Shown piece by piece: positions 1-9,849 of a stretch of DNA of 64,000 nucleotides (the first letter of the stretch is position 1; every line of letters begins with the position of its first letter). The notes under the pieces were generated by a model. It saw nothing but the letters and a program-made list of their open reading frames with translations, ran no database searches and had not been told where the DNA came from. The DNA is from Desulfurobacteriaceae bacterium (GTDB lineage Bacteria; Aquificota; Aquificia; Desulfurobacteriales; Desulfurobacteriaceae). The DNA lies in the NCBI GenBank assembly GCA_026987115.1, contig JALSNF010000015.1, forward strand, positions 2,537 to 66,536, written 5' to 3'. The position numbers were made by a program, and so were the translations under genes.

Positions 1-64
1 GGAATTTCAATCTTCTCCCCTTCGTTGTAGAATTTCACTAAAAAGTTATGGAGAATTTTATCCG

Positions 65-715
65 ATGGGGTTTAAGTTAAGAGGAACCAATTTACTCGGC
101 ATAGAGCTCCTTACTGACTCTTCAAACTTCTCTTTAGAGAGAATAAAGGCCTTTGTTGCTGAGAAGAAACAGCTTTTAAGGGGAGTTAGGTTTATACTTT
201 CCGTTGAGGACTACAGGTTAAGAAGAGAGGAGGTTGAAGAGCTTTTAAAATACCTTTATAATGAAATGGGGATAATTTTCTGCGGTTTTAAGACGAATGT
301 TAAAGAGAATAGGGAGCTCTGCATATCTTTAGGGGTTCCCTGCGACTTATCTACCTTAAAGCTTGAAAAGGAAAAGGAGCGCTCCTTAGCGGAGGAGGTG
401 GGGATTGTTAAAAAGACTCTCCGCTCGGGAGACAAGATAACTTCAACTGGGGACTTAATTATAATGGGAGACGTTAACCCGGGAGCGGAGGTAGAAGCAG
501 GGGGGGATGTATTTGTCTTTGGTAGCGTAAGGGGGTTCGTAAGAGCCGGAATAGGTAAGACGAAAGGGGAGGTTCGTTCCTTTTACTTTGAAGCTCCAAG
601 ACTTGAACTTTGCGGAAAAGAAGTAGAGTTTGAAAGGGGAGAAAAGTTTATAAACTTTAGGGCAAAGGTTAAGGACGGAGAAATTAAGATAGAACACTTA
701 AAGAGGGGAGTTTAA
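65..715 (+). CDS. minC: Septum site-determining protein MinC
   Basis: 216-aa ORF with the C-terminal MinC beta-helix signature GDVNPGAEVEAGGDVFVFGSVRG. Its stop shares a base with the minD ATG (TAATG). First gene of the minC-minD-minE order. Confidence 0.85.
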   Translation: MGFKLRGTNLLGIELLTDSSNFSLERIKAFVAEKKQLLRGVRFILSVEDYRLRREEVEELLKYLYNEMGIIFCGFKTNVKENRELCISLGVPCDLSTLKLEKEKERSLAEEVGIVKKTLRSGDKITSTGDLIIMGDVNPGAEVEAGGDVFVFGSVRGFVRAGIGKTKGEVRSFYFEAPRLELCGKEVEFERGEKFINFRAKVKDGEIKIEHLKRGV

Positions 716-1512
716 TGGCAGACAAGGTTATATGCATAACTTCAGGTAAGGGAGGAGTAGGTAAGAGCACCGTAACTGCCAACGTTGCAACTGCCCTTGC
801 AATGAAGGGCTATAAAGTAGTCGCTATTGACGCAGACATAGGGCTTAGGAACCTTGATTTGGTTTTAGGTCTTGAAAACAGGATAGTTTATGACTTAGTT
901 CACGTTGTTGAGGGGGTTGTTCCTCCGGAGAAAGCCTTGGTTAAGGATAAAAGGACCAAGAACCTTTACCTTTTACCTGCTGCTCAAACGAAGGATAAGA
1001 GTGCAGTCAAACCTGAAGACTTGGTAAAAGTAGTTGAAGAGCTTAGGGACAAGTTTGACTTTATATTTATAGATTCCCCTGCGGGGATTGAGGAGGGCTT
1101 TAAAACTGCAGTTGCCCCTGCAGATTTAGTTGTGGTTGTTGCAAACCCTGAAATGGCTTCAATAAGGGACGCAGATAGGGTTATAGGCCTTTGTGAGTCA
1201 ATGCAGAAGCCCGAACCTAAACTGATTGTGAACAAAATAGACCCGAAAAAGGTTGCAAGGGGAGATATGCTTGATGTTGAAGACGTTCTTCAGATTTTAA
1301 GTTTGGAGCTCTTAGGGATTGTTCCCGAAGATAAGAACATGGTTGCCTACATAAACAGGGGAGAGCCTGCAGTTTTAGTTCCCGATTCTATAGCGGGTAA
1401 GGCTTTAAGGAACGTTGCAGACAGGCTCCTTGGAAAGGAAGTTCCTTTCCTTGAGCTTAAAGTGAGCGAGAGTTTCCTTGATAAGATTAAAAAACTCTTT
1501 GGGAGCGACTAA
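715..1512 (+). CDS. minD: Septum site-determining ATPase MinD
   Basis: 265 aa with the deviant Walker A SGKGGVGKST of the ParA/MinD family and a C-terminal amphipathic tail (LDKIKKLFG). Flanked by minC and minE. Confidence 0.95.
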   Translation: MADKVICITSGKGGVGKSTVTANVATALAMKGYKVVAIDADIGLRNLDLVLGLENRIVYDLVHVVEGVVPPEKALVKDKRTKNLYLLPAAQTKDKSAVKPEDLVKVVEELRDKFDFIFIDSPAGIEEGFKTAVAPADLVVVVANPEMASIRDADRVIGLCESMQKPEPKLIVNKIDPKKVARGDMLDVEDVLQILSLELLGIVPEDKNMVAYINRGEPAVLVPDSIAGKALRNVADRLLGKEVPFLELKVSESFLDKIKKLFGSD

Positions 1513-1766
1513 TGGGATTTATGGATAAACTCAGAGAAGCTTTTGGGAGGCCTCCTGCAAAGGAAGTTGCAAAGAAGAGACTCCAGCTGATTTTGAGGTA
1601 TGACAGGGCAGGTCTTCCCCCAAACGCCATAGAGGCGATAAAGGAGGCCATACTCGGTGCCCTTCGGGAGTTTCCCTTTGTTGACGTTAACGGAGTTAAC
1701 ATCCACATACCGGAGGGGGATTCTGACGGGAAAATTGAAATTGAAGTCCCTGTAAAGAATGAGTAG
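1512..1766 (+). CDS. minE: Cell division topological specificity factor MinE
   Basis: 84 aa with a MinE-type N-terminus (FMDKLREAFGR...KRLQLILRYDR). Start overlaps the minD stop (TAATG). Confidence 0.85.
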   Translation: MGFMDKLREAFGRPPAKEVAKKRLQLILRYDRAGLPPNAIEAIKEAILGALREFPFVDVNGVNIHIPEGDSDGKIEIEVPVKNE

Positions 1767-1771
1767 GAAAG

Positions 1772-1785
1772 GGGGGAGCTCCCCC
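1772..1785. terminator. Candidate bidirectional terminator palindrome GGGGGAGCTCCCCC between convergent minE and purH
   Basis: Perfect 14-nt GC-rich palindrome in the 24-nt gap between two convergent stop codons. It is built around the GAGCTC word that is over-represented across the window. Confidence 0.5.
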
Positions 1786-1790
1786 TTACA

Positions 1791-3386
1791 TTAGTGTCTA
1801 AAGTGTCTAATTCCGGTAAATACCATTGCTATGTTGTGTTCGTTGGCAGCTTCTATTACCTCTTGGTCTCTAATTGAACCTCCAGGCTGTATTATCGCGG
1901 TAATTCCTACTTTTGCCGCCTCATCTACGCTGTCCCTAAACGGGAAGAAGGCTTCAGAGGCTAAGACTGCACCGTTAAGGTCAATGCCTACAGATTGAGC
2001 CTTCTCTATGGCACAGCGGGCCGAATCTATCCTTGAAGTTTGTCCAACTCCTATTCCTACTGCAACTTTGTCTTTGGCGTAAACTACCGAGTTTGACTTT
2101 ACCCACTTTACCACTTTAAACGCAAAGAGTAGGTCTTCCCACTCTTTCTCTGTAGGTTCTCTCCTGCTTACTACCTTTAGCTTTTCCGGAAGGTAAGTAG
2201 TTAAGTCCCTATCTTGAACTAAAAGGCCCCCTACGACTCTTCTATAGTCAAAGGGAGACTCTTTCCCCCTTCTTTCTAGTCCTTTAAGGCCTTTTGTAGT
2301 TAAGACCCTTAGGTTTTTCTTCTTCTTAAGTATCTTGAGGGCTTCTTCTTGGTAGTCTGGAGCTATTATGCACTCGTAAAACCTTTCAGTAATTAGCTCG
2401 GCAACCTCTTGGTTTACTGTTGAGTTAAAGGCTATTATCCCCCCGAAGGCCGAGATAGGGTCGGTTTTAAGGGCTTTTTCGTAGGCCTCTTGAGGGGTAT
2501 TCCCTAATGCTATCCCACAAGGGTTTGCGTGCTTTATTATGGCACAGGCTATCCCTTCTTTTTCAGGGTCAAACTCTAAGACTAAGTTGAGAGCTCCGTC
2601 TAGGTCGTATATGTTGTTAAAGGAGAGCTCTTTCTCTCCTTGAATCTTTTCTGCCCTTGCAACGCAAGGTTCGCTTATAAAGACTTCCTTGTAAAAGGCT
2701 CCTCTTTGGTGGGGGTTTTCCCCGTATCTTAAGTCTAAGACCTTTTCAAAGGTTATGGTTAACGGGTCTCTCATCTCCCTAAGGTTGACCGGAGTTCCTT
2801 CTTCGTCTATTGAGTAAAAGAACTCTGCTATTAGTGCGTCGTAGTGTGCCGTTAGGTTAAAGGCTTTCCTTGCCAAGTAGAACCTTGTTTTTAAAGATAT
2901 CTCCCCTTTCTCTTTTAGCTCTTTAACTACCTTTTCGTAGTCTTCAGGGTCAACAACAACTGCAACGCTTTTAAAGTTCTTTGCCGCGGCCCTTACCATC
3001 GTAGGGCCGCCAATGTCTATGTTCTCAATTATTTCGTCCAGGTTGGCTCCCTTTTTAAGGGTCTCTTTAAAGGGATATAGGTTAACAACTACTATGTCTA
3101 TGGGTTCAATTTCAAGTTCTCTCATAGCCTTTAAGTGTTCGTCTTTCCTCCTGTCTGCTAAGATTCCTCCGTGGACTTTCGGGTGGAGCGTTTTTACTCT
3201 TCCCTCCATTATCTCTGGGAAGCCCGTTAGCTGGGAGATGTCCTTTACTTTAACTCCTGAGTCCCTTAAAAGTTTTGCGGTTCCTCCTGTTGACACTATC
3301 TCAATCCCTAGCTTTGCCAGCTCTTTAGCAAACTCTACTACTTTCCTTTTGTCTGAAACGGAAATTAAAGCCCTTTGGGGTCTCAT
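1791..3386 (-). CDS. purH: Bifunctional AICAR transformylase / IMP cyclohydrolase PurH
   Basis: 531 aa. N-terminal MGS-like domain (ALISVSDK...VSTGGTAK) plus an AICARFT domain, with the typical C-terminus GIRHFRH. Confidence 0.95.
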   Translation of the reverse strand: MRPQRALISVSDKRKVVEFAKELAKLGIEIVSTGGTAKLLRDSGVKVKDISQLTGFPEIMEGRVKTLHPKVHGGILADRRKDEHLKAMRELEIEPIDIVVVNLYPFKETLKKGANLDEIIENIDIGGPTMVRAAAKNFKSVAVVVDPEDYEKVVKELKEKGEISLKTRFYLARKAFNLTAHYDALIAEFFYSIDEEGTPVNLREMRDPLTITFEKVLDLRYGENPHQRGAFYKEVFISEPCVARAEKIQGEKELSFNNIYDLDGALNLVLEFDPEKEGIACAIIKHANPCGIALGNTPQEAYEKALKTDPISAFGGIIAFNSTVNQEVAELITERFYECIIAPDYQEEALKILKKKKNLRVLTTKGLKGLERRGKESPFDYRRVVGGLLVQDRDLTTYLPEKLKVVSRREPTEKEWEDLLFAFKVVKWVKSNSVVYAKDKVAVGIGVGQTSRIDSARCAIEKAQSVGIDLNGAVLASEAFFPFRDSVDEAAKVGITAIIQPGGSIRDQEVIEAANEHNIAMVFTGIRHFRH

Positions 3387-3480
3387 CCTTACCTCCTTTA
3401 CCTTTCAGTCTTACCGAATTTTAATAGAAACTCCTATTCCTTATAATAGGGGCTAAGGTTAAACGCAAAGGGAGGGATTT

Positions 3481-4359
3481 ATGGAAGCTTTAGGTCCTCT
3501 TGCTCCTTTTCTCTTGGTTATTTTCGTCATAGCGGTTATCTTTATCCTTCAAGCTGTAAAGGTGGTTCCTCAAAAGCAGGCCTGGATAGTTGAGAGGCTG
3601 GGCAAGTACTACAAAACTCTCCACGCAGGTCTTCACTTTATAGTTCCTTTTATAGATAGGGTTGTTGCAAAGGTAAGTTTAAAAGAGCAGGTTTTAGACA
3701 TCCCCAAGCAGGAGGTAATTACTAAGGATAACGTAGTGGTAAAGATAGATGCAGTTTGCTACTTTACTGTCGTTAAGCCTGAAGACGCCGTTTACAACAT
3801 TGAAAGCTTAGAGTACGCAATAATCCAGACTATCCAGACCAACTTAAGGGACATAATAGGGGGAATGGAGCTTGACGAGATACTCTCTTCAAGGGAGAAG
3901 ATTAACGCCAGAATTAAAGAGGTCCTTCAAGGGGCGGCTTCTACCTGGGGAATCCTTATAAATAGAGTAGAAGTGAAGGAGATAGAGCCTCCCGAGAACA
4001 TAGTGGAGGCAATGAGTATGTTAATTGAGGCAGACAGGAAAAAGAGGGCGATGATTACTGAAGCTGAAGGTAAGAAAAGGGCTCAAGTGTTAGAAGCAGA
4101 AGGTTATAAGCTTGCAAAGTGGCAAGAGGCTGAAGCTATTGAGAGGATAGGTCAAGCTCAAGCAAACGCAGTTAAGAGCGTTAAAGAGGCGGTGGGAAGC
4201 GGAGAGCTTGCCGGTAAGCTCCTTTTAGGGGACGGTTTCGTTAAAGGACTTGAGAAGTTAGCCTCTTCAAATAACTCTAAGGTTGTGGTTCTTCCTCCTT
4301 CTGTTGACTCTTTAATGGAGCTTTTAAAAGGAAGGAACGGTAATGAAAGTGGCTCTTAG
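3481..4359 (+). CDS. SPFH/band-7 (stomatin/prohibitin-like) membrane protein
   Basis: 292 aa with an N-terminal TM helix, an SPFH core (VPQKQAWIVERLGKY...DIPKQEVITKDN) and a coiled-coil Ala/Glu-rich tail. Followed by its usual partner NfeD. Confidence 0.85.
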   Translation: MEALGPLAPFLLVIFVIAVIFILQAVKVVPQKQAWIVERLGKYYKTLHAGLHFIVPFIDRVVAKVSLKEQVLDIPKQEVITKDNVVVKIDAVCYFTVVKPEDAVYNIESLEYAIIQTIQTNLRDIIGGMELDEILSSREKINARIKEVLQGAASTWGILINRVEVKEIEPPENIVEAMSMLIEADRKKRAMITEAEGKKRAQVLEAEGYKLAKWQEAEAIERIGQAQANAVKSVKEAVGSGELAGKLLLGDGFVKGLEKLASSNNSKVVVLPPSVDSLMELLKGRNGNESGS

Positions 4360-4786
4360 TTTGGGAATTCTCTTTTTTGTTATTGGGATTGTTTTAACCT
4401 TGTTTGAGCTCTTTTCCCCAACTTTTTACTTTTTCCCAGTTGGGGTTGCCTTTATGGTTTCAGGCCTCCTTTACTACTTTACAGGGAACTTCCTACTTTC
4501 CCTTCTGCTCTTTTTCCTTGTGGCTCTTTTTGGGTACTACATATCCTTTAGATATCTTCGCAGGGTGAAGGGTCTTAATGAAGTTGTGGAGGAGCTTAAA
4601 AGTCAAGAAGGAGTTGTCGTAGGTAAGATTGACCAGTTTACCTATAAGGTTCGCTTCCCCTTGGGGGCCGGAGGAGAAGAGGTGTGGAACGCCTACAGTG
4701 AAGGGGAGCTCTCTTACGGAGATAAGGTTAAAGTCGTAGGGATTAAGGGCAATAAGCTTCTTGTTAAGAAGGTGGGGAATGCTTAG
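4343..4786 (+). CDS. NfeD-family membrane protein
   Basis: 147 aa with hydrophobic N-terminal helices and a C-terminal OB-like soluble domain (GVVVGKI...GDKVKVVGIKGNKLLV). Overlaps the SPFH gene by 17 nt, the classical SPFH-NfeD operon. Confidence 0.75.
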   Translation: MKVALSLGILFFVIGIVLTLFELFSPTFYFFPVGVAFMVSGLLYYFTGNFLLSLLLFFLVALFGYYISFRYLRRVKGLNEVVEELKSQEGVVVGKIDQFTYKVRFPLGAGGEEVWNAYSEGELSYGDKVKVVGIKGNKLLVKKVGNA

Positions 4787-5834
4787 GTGGGCCGAAGTTC
4801 ACCTTGACAGGCTCCTTTCTAACTACAAAGAGGTAAAGAATTTAGCAGGCAGGAAGGGTGTTTACGCTGTAGTTAAGGCAAACGCTTACGGTCACGGTAG
4901 CGTTGCCGTTTCAAAGTTCCTTCAAGAAAGGACTGACGTTTACGGTTTTGCCGTTGCAACCTATAAGGAAGGGCAAGAGCTCTTTGATTCAGGGATAAGA
5001 AAGCCGATTTTGGTTATGTCCTCCACAGTTGAAGAGGGAAGGGAGTATTTAAGGGAGCTCCCCCTCCTTCCTGTAGTTTACGACTTTAAAGAGCTCTCTT
5101 TAGTAAAGGAGCTCTCACTCCCTTTTCACGTTAAGGTAGATACGGGAATGGGAAGGCTGGGCTTTTTAAAAAAGGAGTGGGATGACCTCCTTTTAGAGCT
5201 AAAGGGGAGTAAGGTGGCAGGGGTTATGAGCCACCTTTGCTGTGCAGACGAGGATAAGGAGTTTTCCCTTTTTCAAGCTAAAGAGTTTGAAAGGTTCGTT
5301 AAGGCAGTTAAGGCCTTTAAACCTAAAATAGAGGTTCACTTAGAAAACAGTGCTGCAGTTGCCCTTTCCTTAAACTCCCTTCTTACCCACGTTAGGGTAG
5401 GTCTTTCCCTTTACGGGAGCTTGCCTTTTAAAGGCTACCCTGCTAAGTTAAGACAGGTAATGGAGGTTAAGGCTAAAGTCTTGAGCGTTAAAGAGCTCCC
5501 TCCAAATTACCCTGTCTCTTACGGAGGAACTTACAGGACGAGGAAAAGGGAGAAAGTAGCGGTTGTCTCCTTTGGCTACGCAGACGGATATCCAAGGGAG
5601 CTTTCAAACTCAGGGAAAGTTTACTTAAACGGCAACTTCTACAAGGTAAGAGGTAGAGTCTGTATGGACATGTTAATAGTCTCTGCCGACAGAAAAGTCA
5701 AAAAGGGAGACGTTGCCACTCTCTTTGGAACCGTTAATACCTTTGACGAGGTTGCAGACTCTTTAGGGACGATTCCTTATGAGCTGATGTGCAGGATTAG
5801 TCAAAGGGTAGAGAGGGTTTACCTTGGTTTATAG
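4779..5834 (+). CDS. alr: Alanine racemase
   Basis: PLP-lysine motif VVKANAYGHG, then DTGMGRLG and a C-terminal YGG...GYADGYPR. I place the start at ATG 4779 (MLRWAEVHLD), which follows AAGGTGGGG, rather than at the ORF-track start 4761. Confidence 0.9.
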   Translation: MLRWAEVHLDRLLSNYKEVKNLAGRKGVYAVVKANAYGHGSVAVSKFLQERTDVYGFAVATYKEGQELFDSGIRKPILVMSSTVEEGREYLRELPLLPVVYDFKELSLVKELSLPFHVKVDTGMGRLGFLKKEWDDLLLELKGSKVAGVMSHLCCADEDKEFSLFQAKEFERFVKAVKAFKPKIEVHLENSAAVALSLNSLLTHVRVGLSLYGSLPFKGYPAKLRQVMEVKAKVLSVKELPPNYPVSYGGTYRTRKREKVAVVSFGYADGYPRELSNSGKVYLNGNFYKVRGRVCMDMLIVSADRKVKKGDVATLFGTVNTFDEVADSLGTIPYELMCRISQRVERVYLGL

Positions 5835-6630
5835 GGAGTTTACCTTTAAGGTTCCTAGAGAGCTTTACGACTTTTTAACTTCTTCGCTTTTCTCCTTGGG
5901 CTGTATGGGAACTTACACCTTAAAAGAGGGTAAAGAGGTTGAGTTTAAGGCCTACTTTAAGGGCCCTTTAGACCTTCCGAAAGAGCTTAAGCTCTTTTTG
6001 GTAGATGAGGGGACTTTAAAGGAGAGGAACTGGAACGAGGCGTGGAAAAGGTACTACAAGCCAGTTAAAGTCTCTAGCAAATTGTGGGTGGTTCCTTCCT
6101 GGTTAAAGGGAAGCTTTCCTGAACCTGAGGGAAGCTTGGTTATCTACATATACCCAGGCAGAGGCTTTGGGACTGGGACTCACGAGACTACGAGGCTCTC
6201 TATGAGGTTAATTGAAGAGTTTTTAAGAGAGGGAGAAAGCTTTCTAGATGTTGGAACCGGCAGCGGGATACTTTCTATACTGGCTAGAAAGCTTGGAGCT
6301 TCAAGGGTTGTTGCCTGCGATGTACAGGAGGGAGTAGAGGAGGAAGTAAAAAGGAATGCCTACTTGAGTGAGGTTGACTCTATAGAGTTTGTTAAGGGAA
6401 GTGCCCGAGATGTTAAAGGGGAGTTTGACCTGGTTGTTGCCAACATAGAGAAGCACCTTTTAGAGCCCATACTACCTGATTTAGCTACAAAGTGTAAGGG
6501 AAAGCTGATAATATCGGGGATTTTAAAGGAGCAAAGGAAGGATTTTGTTAAAAAAGTGGAGAAGTTAGGCTTTAACCTAAGAAAAGAGGTGGAGGAAGGA
6601 ATTTGGAAAGGCTTTCTCTTTACAAGGTAG
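5824..6630 (+). CDS. prmA: Ribosomal protein L11 methyltransferase
   Basis: 268 aa with PrmA motifs GRGFGTGTHETT and the SAM-binding LDVGTGSGILSI. TTG start overlapping the alr end. Confidence 0.85.
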   Translation: MVYREFTFKVPRELYDFLTSSLFSLGCMGTYTLKEGKEVEFKAYFKGPLDLPKELKLFLVDEGTLKERNWNEAWKRYYKPVKVSSKLWVVPSWLKGSFPEPEGSLVIYIYPGRGFGTGTHETTRLSMRLIEEFLREGESFLDVGTGSGILSILARKLGASRVVACDVQEGVEEEVKRNAYLSEVDSIEFVKGSARDVKGEFDLVVANIEKHLLEPILPDLATKCKGKLIISGILKEQRKDFVKKVEKLGFNLRKEVEEGIWKGFLFTR

Positions 6631-7436
6631 ATCTCCACTCCCACTCAACTGCTTCAGACGGGAGTTTAACTCCGAAGGAGTTGGTTGAGCTTGCTTACTC
6701 TAGCGGTATTAAGCACTTCTCGTTGACAGACCACGATACTGTAAACGGCATAAGTGAGGCTTCTAAGAGGGCCAAGGAGCTAGGAGTAAACTTTATACCA
6801 GGGATAGAGATAACTGCTGACACCTCCTTTTTAGGCAAAAGGAAGAGGCAGTTTCACGTTTTAGGTTATTACTTTAACCCTACCTCTCCCTCTATTAAGG
6901 AGCTAACCTCTTTCTTCCGCTCTTCTAGAATTAAGAGAAACAAAGAGCTCCTTTCAAAGCTCTATTCTCTGGGATACCCTATAACTTACGAGGAGATGGT
7001 AGAAAAACACGGAGAGAACTTCGGGAAGCCAAACATTGCTAAAAGGCTAATTGACTTAGGCTACTTTAAAGACAGGGAAGAAGCCATAGACTTCCTCTCC
7101 TCTTTAGGGGTAAAGAGGGAGAAGATGGACTATAGGGAAGTTTTCTCTCTGATTAGAGAGGCAGGGGGAATTCCAGTTGTTGCTCATCCTTCAACTTTGG
7201 AGCTTAACTTAAGGGAGCTCTACTGCTTCTTAAAAAGTGCTAAAGAGAACGGCTTAATGGGAGTTGAGGTTTACCACTACCGCCACACTTGTTCTTTTAG
7301 CCTTGAGTTAAGGGAAGTGTGTAAGGAGCTCTCACTTTACTACACTTCAGGCTCAGACTTTCACGGAAGTAATAAGCCTTGCATCTCTTTAGGTTTTCTA
7401 AATACTAAGCGAGAAGATGTTAACTTCCCCCTTTAA
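6603..7436 (+). CDS. PHP-domain phosphoesterase (TrpH/YciV-like)
   Basis: 277 aa with the N-terminal PHP metal motif VDLHSHSTASDGS, then TDHDT and a later AHP motif. TTG start, 28-nt overlap with prmA. Confidence 0.8.
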   Translation: MERLSLYKVDLHSHSTASDGSLTPKELVELAYSSGIKHFSLTDHDTVNGISEASKRAKELGVNFIPGIEITADTSFLGKRKRQFHVLGYYFNPTSPSIKELTSFFRSSRIKRNKELLSKLYSLGYPITYEEMVEKHGENFGKPNIAKRLIDLGYFKDREEAIDFLSSLGVKREKMDYREVFSLIREAGGIPVVAHPSTLELNLRELYCFLKSAKENGLMGVEVYHYRHTCSFSLELREVCKELSLYYTSGSDFHGSNKPCISLGFLNTKREDVNFPL

Positions 7437-7441
7437 AGGGG
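7428..7441 (+). terminator. Candidate hairpin CCCCTTTAAAGGGG containing the stop codon of the PHP gene
   Basis: 14-nt palindrome with the TAA stop (7434-7436) at its centre, located at a convergent gene junction. Confidence 0.35.
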
Positions 7442-7444
7442 AAA

Positions 7445-7458
7445 GCCCCAAAAGGGGC
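7445..7458 (-). terminator. Candidate terminator hairpin GCCCC-AAAA-GGGGC downstream of ccsA
   Basis: 5-bp GC stem with a 4-nt loop, 12 nt after the ccsA stop. On the minus strand it is followed by UUU. Confidence 0.45.
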
Positions 7459-7469
7459 AAAGAAAGTTC

Positions 7470-8477
7470 CTACTGAGCGTAGCTGTGGAGCCCTGGAATA
7501 ATCAGGTTAACTCCGTAGTAGGTAAATATAACGCTTAAGAAGCCTACTATAGTGAAGTAGGCTAGTGGTTTACCCCTTAGCCCTTTAATGTAGCGGGCGT
7601 GTAGGTAAGCTGCATAGACAAGCCAAGTTATCAAAGACCAAGTTTCCTTTGGGTCCCAAGACCAATAACCGCCCCAAGCGTACTTTGCCCAAACTGCCCC
7701 GAGTATTATTCCAATGGTTAAGAATACAAACCCTACGGCTACAGACTGGTACATTATCTGTTCCATAGTCTCAATTGAGGGGAATATCTTGCTTATTCCA
7801 AACCTCTTAATTAGGTATAAAACTCCGCAGAATACCGCTGCAGCAAGGGCCGATATTCCTAAGTAGAGGGGAACGTCTTCCCTGTAAGCTGAGTAGATTA
7901 TGAAGAAGAAGATGAACCAAGTCGTTATAAAAACTACTGCCCAATCTTTAGGTGTGGTGTCTTCCCTTTTTGCAAAGTAAGCGTAAGCTATTCCTGCGCT
8001 TACAGCTGCCGCTGCGTATCCTATGAAGGTCGTAATTACGTGGAACAGGAGCCAGTTGCTCTGAAGGGCAGGAACTAAAGGTTGGGCTTCTTCACTGAAC
8101 CCTAAAATCTGGGTTGAGAGCTCCCCTATCAGAGCCAGGGGTATTACGAACATACCGAAAGCTTTGTTTTTGTACTTCCACTCAAAGAGGAGGTAGATTA
8201 GAACTGCAGTCCAGCCAAAGAGCATTAGGGACTCGTACATGTTTGTAAAGGGAGCGTACTTGTAAAAAGCCGTCCAGTCTGAGACCATGTTTACCTTAGC
8301 CTTCTCCATTCCCCTTACTACAAAGCCTACTCCCTGAATGAGAACTCCCAGCCAAGCAAAGCCAGTTGCAAGTTTTGAGGACCAAGAGCTTTTAGAGAAA
8401 GCGTAGATTGTGTAGAAGAGGAACGCAAAGAAGTAGGCGACCATACCGTAGTTAAAGAGCTCTACCGACGTAATCAT
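7470..8477 (-). CDS. ccsA: Cytochrome c biogenesis protein CcsA (system II heme handling)
   Basis: 335-aa polytopic membrane protein with the Trp-rich heme-handling motif WGGYWSWDPKETWSLITW. Start overlaps the resB stop. Confidence 0.85.
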   Translation of the reverse strand: MITSVELFNYGMVAYFFAFLFYTIYAFSKSSWSSKLATGFAWLGVLIQGVGFVVRGMEKAKVNMVSDWTAFYKYAPFTNMYESLMLFGWTAVLIYLLFEWKYKNKAFGMFVIPLALIGELSTQILGFSEEAQPLVPALQSNWLLFHVITTFIGYAAAAVSAGIAYAYFAKREDTTPKDWAVVFITTWFIFFFIIYSAYREDVPLYLGISALAAAVFCGVLYLIKRFGISKIFPSIETMEQIMYQSVAVGFVFLTIGIILGAVWAKYAWGGYWSWDPKETWSLITWLVYAAYLHARYIKGLRGKPLAYFTIVGFLSVIFTYYGVNLIIPGLHSYAQ

Positions 8478-9802
8478 AGCTCTTCCTCCTTAGGGGTATT
8501 TTTACAGTATGAAGACTTTAAAACCCCTAAGATTTCCTCTATTTCTCTGGCTAAGCTCTCTGAACCTTTGTTTGAAAGGCCACCTATTACCAGCCTTACT
8601 TTTTCCTCGTCTTTTTTCTCTATCCTTGCCCAAACTCTCCTGTGGGGAATGAAGAAGGCAACGATAAGCCCTGCTATTAAAACGGTGCTTCCCAGCCAAA
8701 CTATCCAAGTTCCCGGGTCTTTTGCAACTTGAAGGCCCGTGTAAAAGACAGGTTTAAAGTCAACCATTGCTACTGCTTTGTCGGTTCCCGGGACCGTATA
8801 GAAGATAAAAGGTTTTATGTCTCCTTCCTCAACTTTCCCGTTTCTTATAAACTCAATTCCTATCGTCATTGTGTTCCCGTCTATGCTTACTATCTTTAAG
8901 TAGGTATCTTTTGCAAGTTTTATGGGCTGACCGAAAGCTACACCTATAATTCTTTCCCCGTTCCTGTCTTTTACCTTTAAGAAGGCCTCTCCTTGACCGT
9001 AGCTTGCTTGGTAAAAGTAAATGCCCTTGTACTTTAAAGGTTCGTTAACTTTAATCTCCTTCCTTAAAACTTCTTTCCCGTCTTTAATAACGGAAAGGTC
9101 AGATATGTAAGCTTTTGGCATACCCGAAGGGTAAAAGTCTATTGTGAACTTGTTGCACCTTATGTAAAAGGGGAGCTCTATTATTTTCCCCCCTGAAAAG
9201 AAGCTAACTAAGTTGCTACTGGTTCCCTGAGCTAAGTTCATGTAGCCTCTAAAGCCGAAAATGGCGGTAGTTAAGCCCCCTATTAAAACTATTAGGACTC
9301 CAAGGTGGACTATGTAAACTCCGAACCTTGCAAAGACGTTTTTGTCTGCAAAGATGTGGACCTCTTCACTTTCTTCTTTAGGTACTTCAACTTTATACCT
9401 TCTCTCTCTTAGTGAGCTTAAGAGCTTTTCTTTAATCTCTTCCAGCTTACCGTAAAGGGTTATTGAGCTTGATATCCTTAAAGTCTTCTCCTGCCCCTGG
9501 GGGAATGTCTTTCGGGGCTCCATTGCAACTTTCCATATCTTTGGAAGTCTTTTAATTGAACAGACTATAAGGTTTATAGCCAAGAGAGTTAGGAGGGTTA
9601 TGTACCACCAAGAGTGATAGACGTCTGTAAAACCTAAGAATTTCATTATCTTGTAAGTAGTAGGGCCGTATTCCATTAAGTACTTTTCAGGGTCTTGCTG
9701 TTGTTCAATAATCGTTCCAACTATTGAGGTTACTGCCAGCGTAAGGAGCAGGAAGATGGCAAGTTTTACAGAACTGAAGAAGTCGTAGATTTTCTTAAAC
9801 AT
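8474..9802 (-). CDS. resB: Cytochrome c biogenesis protein ResB/Ccs1
   Basis: 442 aa with N-terminal TM helices, a large soluble domain and a C-terminal TM helix. Directly upstream of and overlapping ccsA, the canonical system-II pair. Confidence 0.8.
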   Translation of the reverse strand: MFKKIYDFFSSVKLAIFLLLTLAVTSIVGTIIEQQQDPEKYLMEYGPTTYKIMKFLGFTDVYHSWWYITLLTLLAINLIVCSIKRLPKIWKVAMEPRKTFPQGQEKTLRISSSITLYGKLEEIKEKLLSSLRERRYKVEVPKEESEEVHIFADKNVFARFGVYIVHLGVLIVLIGGLTTAIFGFRGYMNLAQGTSSNLVSFFSGGKIIELPFYIRCNKFTIDFYPSGMPKAYISDLSVIKDGKEVLRKEIKVNEPLKYKGIYFYQASYGQGEAFLKVKDRNGERIIGVAFGQPIKLAKDTYLKIVSIDGNTMTIGIEFIRNGKVEEGDIKPFIFYTVPGTDKAVAMVDFKPVFYTGLQVAKDPGTWIVWLGSTVLIAGLIVAFFIPHRRVWARIEKKDEEKVRLVIGGLSNKGSESLAREIEEILGVLKSSYCKNTPKEEEL

Positions 9803-9849
9803 TGTGGCTCCTTGCTGTCTGTGTTTTTTCGCACTCTTGAGTTATTTAA